From an uncultured Planctomycetota bacterium (GTDB lineage Bacteria > Planctomycetota > Planctomycetia > Isosphaerales > Isosphaeraceae): a stretch of 64,000 nt of DNA. The stretch spans positions 5,952,001 to 6,016,000 of the forward strand of contig CAVTTN010000002.1 of the NCBI GenBank assembly GCA_963737655.1, written 5' to 3'. The position numbers and the translations under genes are program-made. Of this stretch, positions 31,146 through 43,924 are shown piece by piece. Position 1 is the first letter of the stretch. Every line of letters begins with the position of its first letter. The notes beneath the pieces are model-generated. The model did no database searches. It was not told the DNA's origin and saw only the letters and a list, made by a program, of their open reading frames with translations.

Positions 31146-32024
31146 ATGATACCGAAGTCTCGATGGCTCGCGACGATCGCCGCCTCGCTCGGCCTGGCCG
31201 CGCTGACGCCCCACGACGCCCACGCCTCGGGAGCTCACCCTTTGCTCGCCCCGCTTTCGAACGAAGAGGCCTGGAAAGCGATGCCGCCGGCCGAGGTCGG
31301 CTCGGGCAAGCCGCTCCCGTCATGGGCCCGGATGCTCGCGCGATCGCTCCCGCGCACCACGGCCGCGATCCTGCGACTCGACTACGCCCAGAGGGCCCGG
31401 AGCCCGCTCGACCCGAAGCTCCGCGCCGCCATGCGGTTCGTCGCGGCCCGCGCGAACGGATCGACCTATGGCGAAACCTACGCCGCCTCCGACGCCACCC
31501 GCGCCGGGCTCGACAAGACGGCCCTGGTCGCGCCGGCCCCGGACTTCACCCTCCCGAAGGCCGACGGGACCGGCGACGTGACGCTCTCGATGCTCGTCGG
31601 GTCGAGGCCCGTGGTGCTGATCTTCGGCACCTTCACTTGCGGCCCCTTCCGGGCCCAGGCCGGGAACATCGAGAAGCTGTACGAGCGCTACAAGGACCGC
31701 GCGGAGTTCGTCATGGTCTACGTGCGAGAGCCCCACCCGACGGACGGCTGGAGGATGGAGAACAACGATCGGGTCGGCGTGGCCCGGACGTGCAGCCGGT
31801 CCCTCCGGCTTTGCTTCCCGATCCTCGTTGACACGATGGACGACGCGGCGAACAACCTCTCCAGCGGCCTCCCCGGCCGCCTCTACCTGATCGACCTCGG
31901 CGGCAAGGTGGCCTTCAAGAACGGCCGAGGCCCGTTCGGGTTCAAGCTCGCCGAGCTGGAGCAATCCCTGATCCTGCTGCTGAGGCAGGACGAGTCCGCG
32001 TCGGCCGCCAGCGGCCCCCGATGA
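31146..32024 (+). CDS. Secreted deiodinase-like/thioredoxin-fold protein with a short AhpD-like N-terminal part (possibly internally deleted)
   Basis: APDFTL, LIFGTFTCGPF, VYVREPHPTDGW, GRGPFGF. Confidence 0.65.
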   Translation: MIPKSRWLATIAASLGLAALTPHDAHASGAHPLLAPLSNEEAWKAMPPAEVGSGKPLPSWARMLARSLPRTTAAILRLDYAQRARSPLDPKLRAAMRFVAARANGSTYGETYAASDATRAGLDKTALVAPAPDFTLPKADGTGDVTLSMLVGSRPVVLIFGTFTCGPFRAQAGNIEKLYERYKDRAEFVMVYVREPHPTDGWRMENNDRVGVARTCSRSLRLCFPILVDTMDDAANNLSSGLPGRLYLIDLGGKVAFKNGRGPFGFKLAELEQSLILLLRQDESASAASGPR

Positions 32025-32091
32025 GCCGGGCCGACCCCCGATGGCCCAGTCTGTCCATGCCCACCCCTTTGCGGATCGGAGAGAGCCAGCC

Positions 32092-32639
32092 GTGCCCCAC
32101 ATCACACTCCCCGAAGGCGTCCCCGGCATCCTCGGGCCGATGACCGCCTATCCCGAGACCGAGCGCCACCTGAACGGCCTGGCCGAGGCCCTCCTGCGCG
32201 GGCCGTCCTCGCTGACTCCGGCCGAGCGCGAGACGATCGCGACGTCGGTGTCGCACGGCAACGAGTGCTACTTCTGCACCCAGTCGCACGCCGCCGTCGC
32301 CCGCGAGCACCTCGGCGAGCATCGCCACCTCCTGGACCTCGTCCTCGAAGACCGCGCTCGGCCCCGATCGACGAGAAGCTCAAGGCCTTGCTGGAGATCG
32401 CCCACAAGGTCCGCCTGGACGCCCGCACCGTCCGCCCGGAGGACGTCGAGCGGGCCCGCGCCGCCGGCGCCGACGACAAGGCGATCCACGACACCGTCCT
32501 GATCGCCGCCGCGTTCTGCATGTATAACCGCTACGTCGACGGCCTCGCGACCTGGGCGCCGCGCGACCCCGAGGTCTATCGCAGGATCGGCGTGAACCTG
32601 GCGAGCCGGGGCTATCGGGGGCCGGACGCGGATGCCTGA
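32092..32639 (+). CDS. AhpD/carboxymuconolactone-decarboxylase-family peroxidase-related protein, frameshift near 32355
   Basis: ERETIAT.VS..NECYFCTQSH, then in another frame DTVLIAAAFCMYNRYVDGL. Confidence 0.8.
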
Positions 32640-34044
32640 CTCGACGCGTCCGGAGATTGCCGCCCCCGACCTGATGCCCCGCCGCCTGGGCCTGGCCTCG
32701 GCGTCGGCGCTCGTGGTCGGGCAGGTCATCGGCGTGGGGATCTTCCTCACGCCGTCGGACATGGCCCGCTCGCTCGGCTCGCCGTTCTGGCTCCTGGTCG
32801 TCTGGGGCTCGATGGGCGTCATGGCGATCTGCGGCGCCCTGTCGTTCGGGGCGCTGGCGGCCCGCCACCCCGAGGATGGCGGCGGCTACGTCTACCTGCG
32901 ACGGGCCTTCGGGCCTCGCGTCGCGTTCCTCTACGGCTGGATGTCGCTGCTGGTCACGGACCCCGGCCTCACCGCCATGCTGGCCGCGGGGCTGGCACGC
33001 TACGCGGGATCGCTGGTCCCGCTCGACGCGTTCGGCCTGCGGGCCGTCGCCGTCGGGGCGATCCTGCTCATGGCGGCGGTGAACGTCGCGGGGCTGGCGA
33101 TCGGCTCGGGGGTGCTGCGCGTGCTCTCGGCGCTGAAGCTCGGCCTGCTCGCGCTGATCGTCGTCGGGGGGTTCGGCTCCGGTCGGGGCTCGTGGGCGCA
33201 CTTCGATCCCTTCGTGAGCCGGCCCTCGGGCGCCGGCCCGCTCGTGCCGGCGCTCATCGGCGGGCTGCTCGCCGCGTTCTTCTCGCTCGCGGGGTTCTGG
33301 GACGTCAGCAAGATTGCGGGCGAGATCCGCGACCCGGCCCGCAACGTGCCTCGCGCGATGACGCTCGGCGTCTCGATCGTGACGCTCGTGTACGTCCTCA
33401 TCAGTGCCGTGTTCTGGTACCTCGTCCCGTGGTCCGCGGTCGACCCGGAGCGGGGCTTCGCCGCGCAGGCCGGAGCGATCCTGTTCGGCTCGGCGGTGGA
33501 GCGGGTGTTCGCCGGGGTCGTGATCGTCTCGGTCCTCGGCAGCCTGGCGGCGTACCTGATGGCGGCGCCCCGCGTGTACTACGCGATGGCCCGCGACGGC
33601 CTGTTCCCGTCGTGGCTCTCGGCGATCAGCCCGAGGCTCGGCACGCCGGCCCGCGCCACGGCGGTCCAGGCGACCCTCGCGTCGATCCTGGCGGCCTCGG
33701 GGTCGTTCGAGCAGATCCTCGCCTACTTCATGGCGGTCACGATCGGGTTCCTCGCTCTGATCGCCGCGACCGTCTTTGTGCTGCCCGCGACGGGCGACGC
33801 GGGGCGGGTGCCGGGGTCTCCGATCACCCCGCTGGGGTTCATCGTCCCGACGACGCTGGTAGTCGTTCTTCAAGTGATGAACGATCCCCTGCGTTCCGGG
33901 GGAGGCCTGGCCATCGTCGCGCTGGGCCTGCCCGCCTACCAGATCGCCATCCATCGCGGCGCCGCGATCGGGGGCCCGCGAGGGCCCGACGTCGGCCCAG
34001 GCCCGGAAGGCTCCGAATCACAGGCGTCGGCAGGCGCCGAGTGA
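32632..34044 (+). CDS. APC-family amino acid permease
   Basis: GQVIGVGIF, GGGYVYLRRAFG, AGEIRDPARNVPRA, PRVYYAMARDGLF; multiple hydrophobic segments. Confidence 0.9.
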   Translation: MPDSTRPEIAAPDLMPRRLGLASASALVVGQVIGVGIFLTPSDMARSLGSPFWLLVVWGSMGVMAICGALSFGALAARHPEDGGGYVYLRRAFGPRVAFLYGWMSLLVTDPGLTAMLAAGLARYAGSLVPLDAFGLRAVAVGAILLMAAVNVAGLAIGSGVLRVLSALKLGLLALIVVGGFGSGRGSWAHFDPFVSRPSGAGPLVPALIGGLLAAFFSLAGFWDVSKIAGEIRDPARNVPRAMTLGVSIVTLVYVLISAVFWYLVPWSAVDPERGFAAQAGAILFGSAVERVFAGVVIVSVLGSLAAYLMAAPRVYYAMARDGLFPSWLSAISPRLGTPARATAVQATLASILAASGSFEQILAYFMAVTIGFLALIAATVFVLPATGDAGRVPGSPITPLGFIVPTTLVVVLQVMNDPLRSGGGLAIVALGLPAYQIAIHRGAAIGGPRGPDVGPGPEGSESQASAGAE

Positions 34045-34095
34045 ATGTCCGTGTGGCCCGTTTGTTCCCATTCCTCGCAACAGGAGAGACGCATC

Positions 34096-34494
34096 ATGGC
34101 CGAGACGAACGACGCGGTGATCGGCAACCAGGAGTCGATCTTGGGCAACCAGGAGAGGATCCTGGCGAACCAGGCGACCATCGAGCGCAATCAGTCGAAG
34201 CTCGACAAGGTCGTCTCGAATCAGGCGGCGATCCTGGCGAACCAGGAGACCATCCAGCAGAACCAGAAGAAGCTGGACAGGATCGCCGCCAATCAGGCGA
34301 CCATCCTGGCGAATCAGGAGACGATCCAGCACAATCAGGAGAAGCTGGACAAGGCCATCGCCAACCAGGCGAGCATCCAGAGCAACCAGGAGCACATCCT
34401 GGCCAATCAGGAGACCATCGCCGCCAACCAGCGAGAGATCCTCGGCAACCAGCGAGAGATCCTCGCCAATCAGAAGAAGATCCTGACGAAGTGA
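34096..34494 (+). CDS. 132-aa IxxNQxx heptad-repeat coiled-coil protein
   Basis: AGGAG RBS; 16 NQ units spaced 7 or 10 residues apart. Confidence 0.85.
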   Translation: MAETNDAVIGNQESILGNQERILANQATIERNQSKLDKVVSNQAAILANQETIQQNQKKLDRIAANQATILANQETIQHNQEKLDKAIANQASIQSNQEHILANQETIAANQREILGNQREILANQKKILTK

Positions 34495-34610
34495 CGGGTC
34501 CGCCGTCGGCGGCGCCGGCCGGTCTTCGGCCGGCGCCGCCCCGGATCGCGGCGCGAGATGGTATGATCGATCGAAAATGGGATTGCTTCCCACCCACCGG
34601 AGGTCAACGG

Positions 34611-35797
34611 ATGGAAACCCCCCGCCCCGCCCCGCCGAAGCGGTCTCGCATCGGATCAGCGCTCGTCCCGCTCGCCCTCGCGGCCCTCGCGACGGGGTGC
34701 GGCGGCTCGTCGGAGGGCCCGAAGTCGGCCAAGGACGGTAGTCCGACGCCGGTGAAGGTCGCCTATTTGGGCCTCACCTGCGAGGCCGCCATGTTCGTCG
34801 CTCAGGAGAAGGGGTTCTTCAAGGACGAGGGGCTCGACGTCGAGTTCGTGAAGACCGACTGGGACGGACTGCGCGACGGCCTCGGCCTCGGCCGTTTCGA
34901 CGCCAATTACACGCTGATCATGTACCTGTTGAAGCCGATCGAGCAGGGCCTGGACGTGAAGATCACCGGCGGGGTCCATTCGGGATGCCTCCGCGTGCAG
35001 GTCGGCGCGAAGTCGGACATCAAGTCCCCCGAGGACCTCAAGGGGAAGAAGATCGGCATCCCCACGATGGGCAGCCCGCCGTTCCTCTTCGCCAGCCGCG
35101 TGCTCGCCGCGAAGGGGCTCGACCCGCGGAAGGACGTCGCCTGGGTCGTCGTCGCGCCCGAGGTCATGGGCCTGGCGCTGGACAAGGGGCAGGTCGACGC
35201 GGTGGCCGATTCCGAACCGCTGGGCTCGATCCTCACGGCCAAATCGGGAGTCCGCACGATCGCCGACCAGGCCGTCGACGCGCCGTACAGGGACGAATAC
35301 TGCTGCGCGACCGTCGTGAGCGGCAAGTTCGCGTCGAGGGACCCGGCCGGCGCCGCGAAGGTGACGCGGGCCTTGCTGAGGGGCGCCCGGTGGGTCGAGG
35401 AGAACCCGACGGCCGCGGCGAAGCTGGCGGTCGAGAAGAAGTACGTCGCCTCCTCGGCCGAACTCAACGCGCAGGCGATCGGCAAACTGCATTACATGCC
35501 GGGCGTCTCGCGCTGCCGAGAGAGCATCGGGCTGGCCGCGAAGGAGATGAAGGCGGCCGGGCTGCTCAACCCCTCGACGGATCCGGCCGAGCTTGCCAAG
35601 CGGGCCTGGATCGACCTGGAAGGCGTCGATGATGACTGGATCAAGGGCCTCCAGGTCGAAAAGGTCGCCGGGGGAGGCCGACCGGTCGAGATGGATCGCG
35701 TGGCGTTGGCCGCGCTCCTGCGCGCGAGAAGGACTCCCATTTCATGTGCTGCGCCGGCTGCGGCGCGGCGAAGGACGGCGAGCTGTGCGGACGATAG
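34611..35797 (+). CDS. NitT/TauT-type ABC substrate-binding lipoprotein; probable frameshift near 35720 leading into a Cys-rich tail
   Basis: Lipobox LATGC, KGFFKDEGLDVEF, DLKGKKIG, DEYCC; alternate-frame tail FMCCAGC...LCGR*. Confidence 0.8.
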
Positions 35798-36812
35798 GCA
35801 CGACGAACCTCCGCGACGAGGGGCCGGCGGCCTTGCCCCTCGCCGCGGGCCCGGGGGGCGGGACGCGCCCGGCCGCCTGGGCGGTCCGCCTCGCGCCGAC
35901 CGCGGCGGCGGTCTCGGCGCTGGCGGCCCATCGGCTCCTCCCGGACGGGCAATCCTCGCCGCCGTCGCAACTCTATCCGGGCCTGCTCGTCGTCCTCCTG
36001 GTCGCGGGCCTGGGGTTCGCGGCCTTGCCGGGCGCTCGCGGACGCCTCGCCTCGTGGCTGCGACATCGAAGCCCGCTGTTCGCCGGCATCATCGTTTGGC
36101 TCGCGACCTGGGACCTCATGACCCTCAAGCTGGCCTGGTTGCCCCTGCCGTACTTCCCCGACCCCGACCGAGTGCTGATGGCGATGTGGGAGGACCGCGG
36201 CGACCTGGCGTGGAGCGCGTTCCACTCGCTGAAGCTGCTGTTCTCGGGCTATGCGTGCGGCGTGGCGGCGGGGCTGGTGTGCGGCGTCCTGATCGGGTGG
36301 TTCCGGCCGATCCGGTACTGGGGGATGCCGCTGTTGAAGTTCGTCGGTCCGATCCCGGCCACGGCGTATGTGCCGCTGATGATGGCGCTCTTCCCGAGCG
36401 GGTTCCTCTCCGGCTCGGCCCTGATCGCAGTGGCGGTGTGGTTCCCGGTGACGATGCTCACGACCTCGGGCATGGCGAACGTGCCGGTGTCGTACCTGGA
36501 CGTCGCGCGGACCCTGGGCGCGGGCGCGGCTACCTGATCTTCCGCGTCGCCTTGCCGTCGGCGTTGCCGAGCATCTTCCTCGGCCTCTTCATGGGCCTCG
36601 GCTCGGCGTTCCTGACGCTCATCGTGGCCGAGACGATGGGCGTGCCGGCCGGGCTGGGGTGGTATCTCAAGTGGAAGCAGGGCTATCTCGAATATGCCCA
36701 CGTCTACGGGGCGCTGATCGTCATGGCGGCCTTCTTCTCGGGCCTCATGACGCTCCTCTTCGGGGCCCGCGACCGGGTCCTCGGCTGGCAGAAGGGCGTG
36801 ATCCGGTGGTAA
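35785..36812 (+). CDS. NitT/TauT-type ABC permease, frameshift near 36525
   Basis: GPIPATAYVPL, YLDVARTLGA, then LIFRVALPSALPSIF..LIVAETMG. Confidence 0.85.
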
Positions 36813-37638
36813 GCGCGATCGACCTCGACTCGTCGAGCCTGCACGTCCGAGAGGTCTCCCGATCCTTCCGCGCGGAGGACGGCTCGACGGTCCTGGCGCT
36901 CGACCGCCTGTCGCTCTCGGTCGCCCCGGGCGAGATGGTGGCCCTCGTGGGCCCGAGCGGGTGCGGCAAGTCCACCCTCCTGCGGCTGATCGCCGGCCTG
37001 GATCGGCCCTCGTCGGGCGAGCTGCGGATCGGCTCGGAGCCGATCGCCGGCCCGAGCGCCGAGCGCGGGCTGATGTTCCAGGACCCGACGCTCTTCCCCT
37101 GGGCGACGGTCCGGCGTAACGTGGAGGCGGGCCTCGTCGCGCGGGGCGTCCTGCGCCAGGGTCGCGGCGAGGTCGAGGAGTATCTCAGGCTCGTCGGCCT
37201 GGACGCCTTCGCCGACGCCTATCCGCACCAGCTCTCCGGCGGCATGGCGCAGAGGGCGGCCCTGGCCCGGGCGCTCATCAACCACCCGAAGGTCCTGCTG
37301 CTGGACGAGCCCTCGGCGCCCTCGATCAATTTACCCGGATGCGGATGCAGGACGAGGTGATCCGGCTCTGGCAGGCGCGGAAGACGACGATGGTGCTGGT
37401 CACGCACGACATCGACGAGGCGCTCTACATGAGCGACCGCATCGTGATGATGACCCCGCGGCCGGGGCGGATCGACCGGGTCCTCGACGTCCCGCTCGAA
37501 CGGCCGAGGCATCGCAACGACCCCCGGTTCCTCCGCCTCCGCGCCCAGATCCTCGACGACCTCCACTTCTCCGGCGGAAGAGCCGCGGCCCCCATCGACG
37601 CCGGGGCCCACGCCCCGGACGCGGGCGGTGCGTCATGA
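36806..37638 (+). CDS. NitT/TauT-type ABC ATPase, frameshift near 37312
   Basis: GPSGCGKST, YPHQLSGGMAQR, LLLDEP, then LVTHDIDEA. Confidence 0.88.
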
Positions 37639-40600
37639 CCCGGGCCCGACGGATGCTGTTCCTCGTCGTCGGGCTGCCCCTGGCGATCCTCGCCGTCGGC
37701 GGGACGGCCCTCCTGATCTGGTGGGCGACTCGTTCGAGGCTGCCCGCTCCGGGCTCGCCACGTTACGAGGAGATGGTCTCGGCCTTCTCCTCGGGCGTCG
37801 CGGCCCTCGACTCGGACGCGAACCCGATCGCTCGCGACGCGCTGGACCGGGCCGTCGGGATCGTGCCCGAGGAGCCGGCGGCCTGGGCGAACCTGGGCCT
37901 GGCGCTGCTCCGCCTCAACGACCTCGAAGCGTCCGCGAAGGCGATGGAAGAGGCCCGCAAGCTCGCCCCCGACAGCGGAGCCGTCGAGCACCTTTCGGCA
38001 CTCCTCGAGGAGCGCCGCGGCGACTTCGACAGGGTCGTGACGCACCTGAAACGGGCGATCGATCTGGACCCGAAAGCCCTCCGGTCCCGCTACGCTCTCG
38101 TCAAGGAATACGAGCGCCAGGGGCAGGCCGAGGCCGAGGCCCTCCGGCTGCTGGCGGAGATCGTGGAGCTGGCCCCGAGCAACCTCGCCGCGCAGATCGA
38201 CCGGGCCCGCCTGGCGGCCAAGTCGGGCGACGCCGAGTCGCTCCGGGCGGCGATCCGGGGCCTGAGCGGCCAGTCGGCCTCCTGGCCCGAGAGGGCCCGC
38301 GAGCAGTTCGCGTCCGTGGAGAAGGCCATCGCCGAGAAGAACCCGAGGCTCGCCACGTCACGCGTGCTGGGCCTCCGCAACCTGCTCGTGACCGTCCCCG
38401 CCTTCCGCCAGGGGAGCGACGCCCTGGAACTCCCGGCCGGCACCGTGGGCGCGCCGATCCCCCGGTTCCTGCGCATGCCGAACCCCTCTCCAACTCCCGC
38501 GCCGCCGGATCGGTCGGTCGCGTTCGCCTTCAGTCCCCCGGGCAAGGACGCGGCGAGGAGGGCGGACGCCGTCTTCCTGCTCATCGACCCCAAGGATGGT
38601 GCGGTGACGCTCCTCGAAGCCGACGGCCGCGAGCTTCGCAGGGCCGGCGGCTCGGGCACCATCGCCCCGTTCCCCGGCGGGGGGGACGCGAAACCGCCGA
38701 CGCCCCACGGCGTCGCCGTGGCCGACTGGAATTCGGACTATCGGCCCGACCTCGTCCTCGCCGGCGCCGGGGGTGTCCGGTTCCTGAAGCAGGAGGAGGA
38801 CGGCTCGTTCACCGACGTGACCGCCGCCACGAAGCTGGGGCCGGAGATCCTCGGGACGAACGCCTCGGGCATCTGGGCCGCGGACATCGAGATGGACGGC
38901 GATCTCGACTTCGTGGTCGGCGTGCGTGACGGGGCGACGCGGGTACTCGTCAATCGGGGCGACGGCACCTTCGCGTCGGACGAGTCCCGATTCAAACAGT
39001 GCAAGGATATGCACAATTTCGCGTGGTCCGACCTGGACGGAGACGGCGACCCCGACGCGGCGATGGTCGAGGGGACCGGCCCCGCCGGCTTCTCGAAGCT
39101 GCGCGTGTTCATGAACGAGCGGGCCGGCCGGTTCGTGGAAAGGGAAGTGCCCCAGGAGATCGAAGGCGTCCGAGACCTCGCCGTGGGCGACGCGGACGGC
39201 GACGGCCTGATGGACCTGCTCCTCCTGACGTGGTCCACGGTCCTGCGACTCTCCGATCGCGAGGGCGGCCGATCCTGGGATTTCGCGGAGCTGTTCCGGA
39301 GGCCGGGCCCGAAGGACGGCGGCGGGGATCGCCTCCTGGTCGCGGATCTGGACAACAATGGCGCGATCGATCTGATCCTCTCGTCACGAGAACTCGCCAC
39401 GGAGGCTCTGGCTCGGCGGGCGGCCGGGCGATCCCTGGGTCCGCGCGGCCGGTGCGATGGAGTCGCTGGCGCCGTTCCAGGTCTTCGGGATCGCCGACGC
39501 GAACCGCGACGGACGTCTCGACGTCGCGGGGACCGTGAGCAACGGCGTCGCGGGCCCGACGGTCTCCCTCGGCACCAACAGCGGGAAGGCGTCGTATGGC
39601 TGGCTCGACGTCCGCCCCCGCGCCGCGAAGAGCGTGGGGGACGGCCGCATCAACTCCTTCGGCCTCGGCGGCGAGATCCAGGTCCGCGCGGGCCTGCTCG
39701 TCCAGAAGCAGGTGATCGCCGGCCCGGTGGTCCACTTCGGCCTCGGCACCCACAACGGGGCCGACGTCGCCCGCGTGGTCTGGCCGAACGGCACGGCGCA
39801 GGCCGAGTTCAACACGAAAGCGAATGTCGCGATCGCCGCCGAGCAGAGGCTCAAGGGCTCGTGCCCCTTCATCTATGCCTTCGACGGGTCGGAGATCCGC
39901 TTCGTCACCGATTTCCTCTGGCGCTCGCCCCTGGGGCTGCGGATCAACGCGCAGGACACGGCGGGAGTCGGCCAGACGGAGGACTGGATCAAGATCCGAG
40001 GCGACCAGCTCGCCCCGCGCGAGGGGAATTACGACCTCCGCATGACCGCCGAGCTGTGGGAGACCCATTTCTGGGACCACGTCTCGCTGATGGTCGTCGA
40101 TCACCCCAGTGGCACCGAAGTGTTCGTCGACGAGCGGTTCGCCCGCAAGCCGCCGACGCTGAAGGTCCACGCCACGGGGCGCGTCCGCCCGGTGAAGAGC
40201 GCTCGCGACGATCGGGGAGACGACGTCCATGACGTCGTCCGCGCGGGACGGCCGCTATCTCGACACCTTCGGCCGGGGCTTCTATCAGGGCGTCACGCGT
40301 GATCACTGGGTCGAGGTCGAGATCGGCGAGGACGTGCCGAGGGACCGGAAGCTCGTCCTCGTCGCCGAGGGCTGGATTCACCCGACCGATAGCTCGATCA
40401 ACGTGGCGCTTGGTCAGGGGACTCATGAGCCGCCGAGGGGGCTAAGCCTGGAGGCCCCGACGGCAGACGGCCAATGGGCCGTGGTTCGCGACCACCTGGG
40501 GTTCCCGGCCGGCAAGAACAAGACCGTTCTCATCGACCTGGACGGCGTGTTCCGGTCCGATGCCCCGCGCAAGCTCCGCCTGAGGACGAATCTGGAGGTC

Positions 40601-41164
40601 TATTGGGACGCACTCTCGGTCGCGACGGCCGAGGACGGGGCACCCCTCAAGATCCGCCGCATAGCCCCGGCGACGGCCGACCTGCGCCATCGCGGCTATT
40701 CGCGGATGACGCAGGCGGATGCCGGCTCGCCGGAAACCCCTCGCTACGATATCCTGGACGGGGGGCGCCAGCGCTGGAATGACCTGATCGGGTTCTACAC
40801 CCGGTTCGGCGACGTCCGCGAGCTTCTGGAGCGGGTCGACGACCGCTACGTGATCGCCAACGCCGGGGACGAGGTCCGGCTCCTCTTCCCCGCCGCGGAC
40901 CCTCCGCCGCCGGGATGGACGCGCGACTTCGTCCTGATCGGCGACGGCTGGAACAAGGATGGCGACTACAATACGGCGTTCTCGAAGACCGTCCTGCCCC
41001 TGCCGTCCCACGCGCGACCGAATTACGACACGCCTCCGGGCGAGCTGGAAGACGACCCCGTCTATCGGGACCATCCGGACGACTGGCAGCAGTATCACAC
41101 CCGTTACGTCACACCGCACGTCTTCCGCGACGGGCTGAAGCCCCGGGCGGTCGCGAAACCATAG
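37635..41164 (+). CDS. TPR + FG-GAP/ASPIC-UnbV-type protein, frameshifts near 39400 and 40235
   Basis: N-terminal membrane anchor, TPR (AAWANLGLALL), repeated DxDxDGxxD motifs, VHFGLG, KGSCPFIY; pieces in ORFs 37635-40232, 39457-40302 and 40229-41164. Confidence 0.8.
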
Positions 41165-41184
41165 CAGGATCGGAGTCGGAACGC

Positions 41185-42984
41185 ATGCTCGGGGCCAAGG
41201 CCGGACGGATCGCCGCGATCCTCCTGTTCGTCGGGCTGATCGGCGCGACCCTGGTGCTGAATCGCTCGTCGCCGTCGTCGGGGGGGGCGAAGCCGTCCCC
41301 CTCGGGGTCGAAGTCCGAAGGGCCCTCGCGCTACGGCTTCCGCCTGGAAGAGGTGTCGAAGGCGTCGGGGATCGACTTCGTCCACAAGGCCCCCACGCTC
41401 GACGCCAAGCTCGCGCACATCATGCCGCAGATCGCCTCGATGGGCGCGGGGGTCTCGGCGGTCGACTTCGACCGCGACGGCTGGCAGGACCTCTACGTCA
41501 CCAACAGCGGCGAGGGGAGCTTCAACCGGCTCTATCGCAACAGGAAGGACGGCACGTTCGAGGACGTCGCCGGCCCCCTCGGCGTGGCCGACGTCAACAA
41601 GGAGGGGACCGGCGTCTCGATGGGCTCGGTCTGGGGCGACTACGACAACGACGGCTATGAAGACCTGTTCCTCTACAAGTGGGGCCGCCCCGAACTCTTC
41701 CACAACGACGGCGGCAAGGCGTTCACCCGCCAGACCGAATCCGCCGGCCTCCCCGCGTGGGTCAACGCCGGGTGCGCGACGTGGCTCGACTTCGACCGCG
41801 ACGGCCGGCTCGACCTCTTCCTCGGCGGCTACTGGGCCGACGACCTCGACCTCTGGCACCTCAAGACGACGAAGATGATGCCGGAGAGCTTCGAGTATGC
41901 GAAGAACGGCGGGCGCAAATACCTCTTCCGCAACGTCGGCGACGGCCGATTCGAGGACGCGGCCAAAACGACCGGCCTGGAGAGCCGCGCTGGGCGCTGT
42001 GCGCGGCGGCGGCCGATCTGCGAGGGACCGGCTTCCCCGACCTGGTCGTCGCCAACGACTACGGCGTCTCGGAACTCTTCGCGAATGAGGGCGGGAAGCG
42101 ATTCCGCGAGATCGGCAACGCGACGGGGGTCGGCTTCGCGCCCAAGAGCGGCATGAACGTCAGCTTCGGCGACATCTTCAACCAGGGCCGGTTCTCGATC
42201 TACGTGACGAACATCTCCGAGGAGGGCGTCCTGATCCAGGGGAACAACCTCTGGGTCCCTCGCGAGGGGACGAAGGGGGACGGCCTCAAGTACGACAACC
42301 TGGCGCGCGAGACGGGCGTCGAGCTCGGCGGCTGGAGCTTCGGCGCCCAGTTCGGCGACCTGAACAACGACGGCACGCAGGATCTCGTGCTCACCAATGG
42401 TTATATCTCGGATGCGAAGGATGCCAGCTACTGGTATGACTACTCGGTGATCGCCGGCGGTCACAGCTCGATCATCTCCGACGCCAAGAACTGGCCGGCG
42501 ATGGGGGACAAGAGCCTCTCGGGCTACCAGGCGAAGCGCGTCTGGATGAACGACGGCGCGGGGCATTTCGCCGACGTGGCGCAGGCCGTCGGCTACACCG
42601 ACCGGCACGACGGCCGGGCCGTGATCCTCGTTGACCTCTGGAACCGCGGCGCGCTCGACCTCGTCGTCGCCAACCAGAAGGGGCCGCTGCTCGTCTACAG
42701 GAACACGGTCGATCCCGCGAACAAGTGGATCGGCTTCGACCTCCGCGGCAAGGCGTCCAACCGCAGCGCCATCGGGGCCGAGGTCCGTCTGTTCTGGGAC
42801 GGGCAGGAGCAGCTGCAGCAGGTCACGGGCGGCGCGGGTACTCGGCGCAGAATCCCCGCCCGCTGCACTTCGGCCTGGGCAAGTCGCCGAAGATGGAGAA
42901 GGCCGTCATCCGCTGGCCGTCCGGCAAGGAACAGGTCATCCCGACGCCCGAATCCGGGCGCGTTCATACGGTGGAGGAGCCCTG

Positions 42985-42985
<1 letters not shown>
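41185..42985 (+). CDS. CRTAC1 / ASPIC-UnbV family protein, frameshifts near 41985 and 42838
   Basis: DFDRDGWQDLYVTN, GDYDNDGYEDL, NRSAIGAEV, LHFGLG, IRWPSG. Confidence 0.85.
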
Positions 42986-43875
<890 letters not shown>

Positions 43876-43924
43876 TCGACGCGGATTCATCGCTCCTTCC
43901 TTCCTTTCGGACGAGGCCGGACTC

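Noticed and set aside
33192..36812. Apparent 1,206-aa fusion ORF
   Set aside because: One stop-free frame happens to link the binding protein with the frameshifted permease tail.
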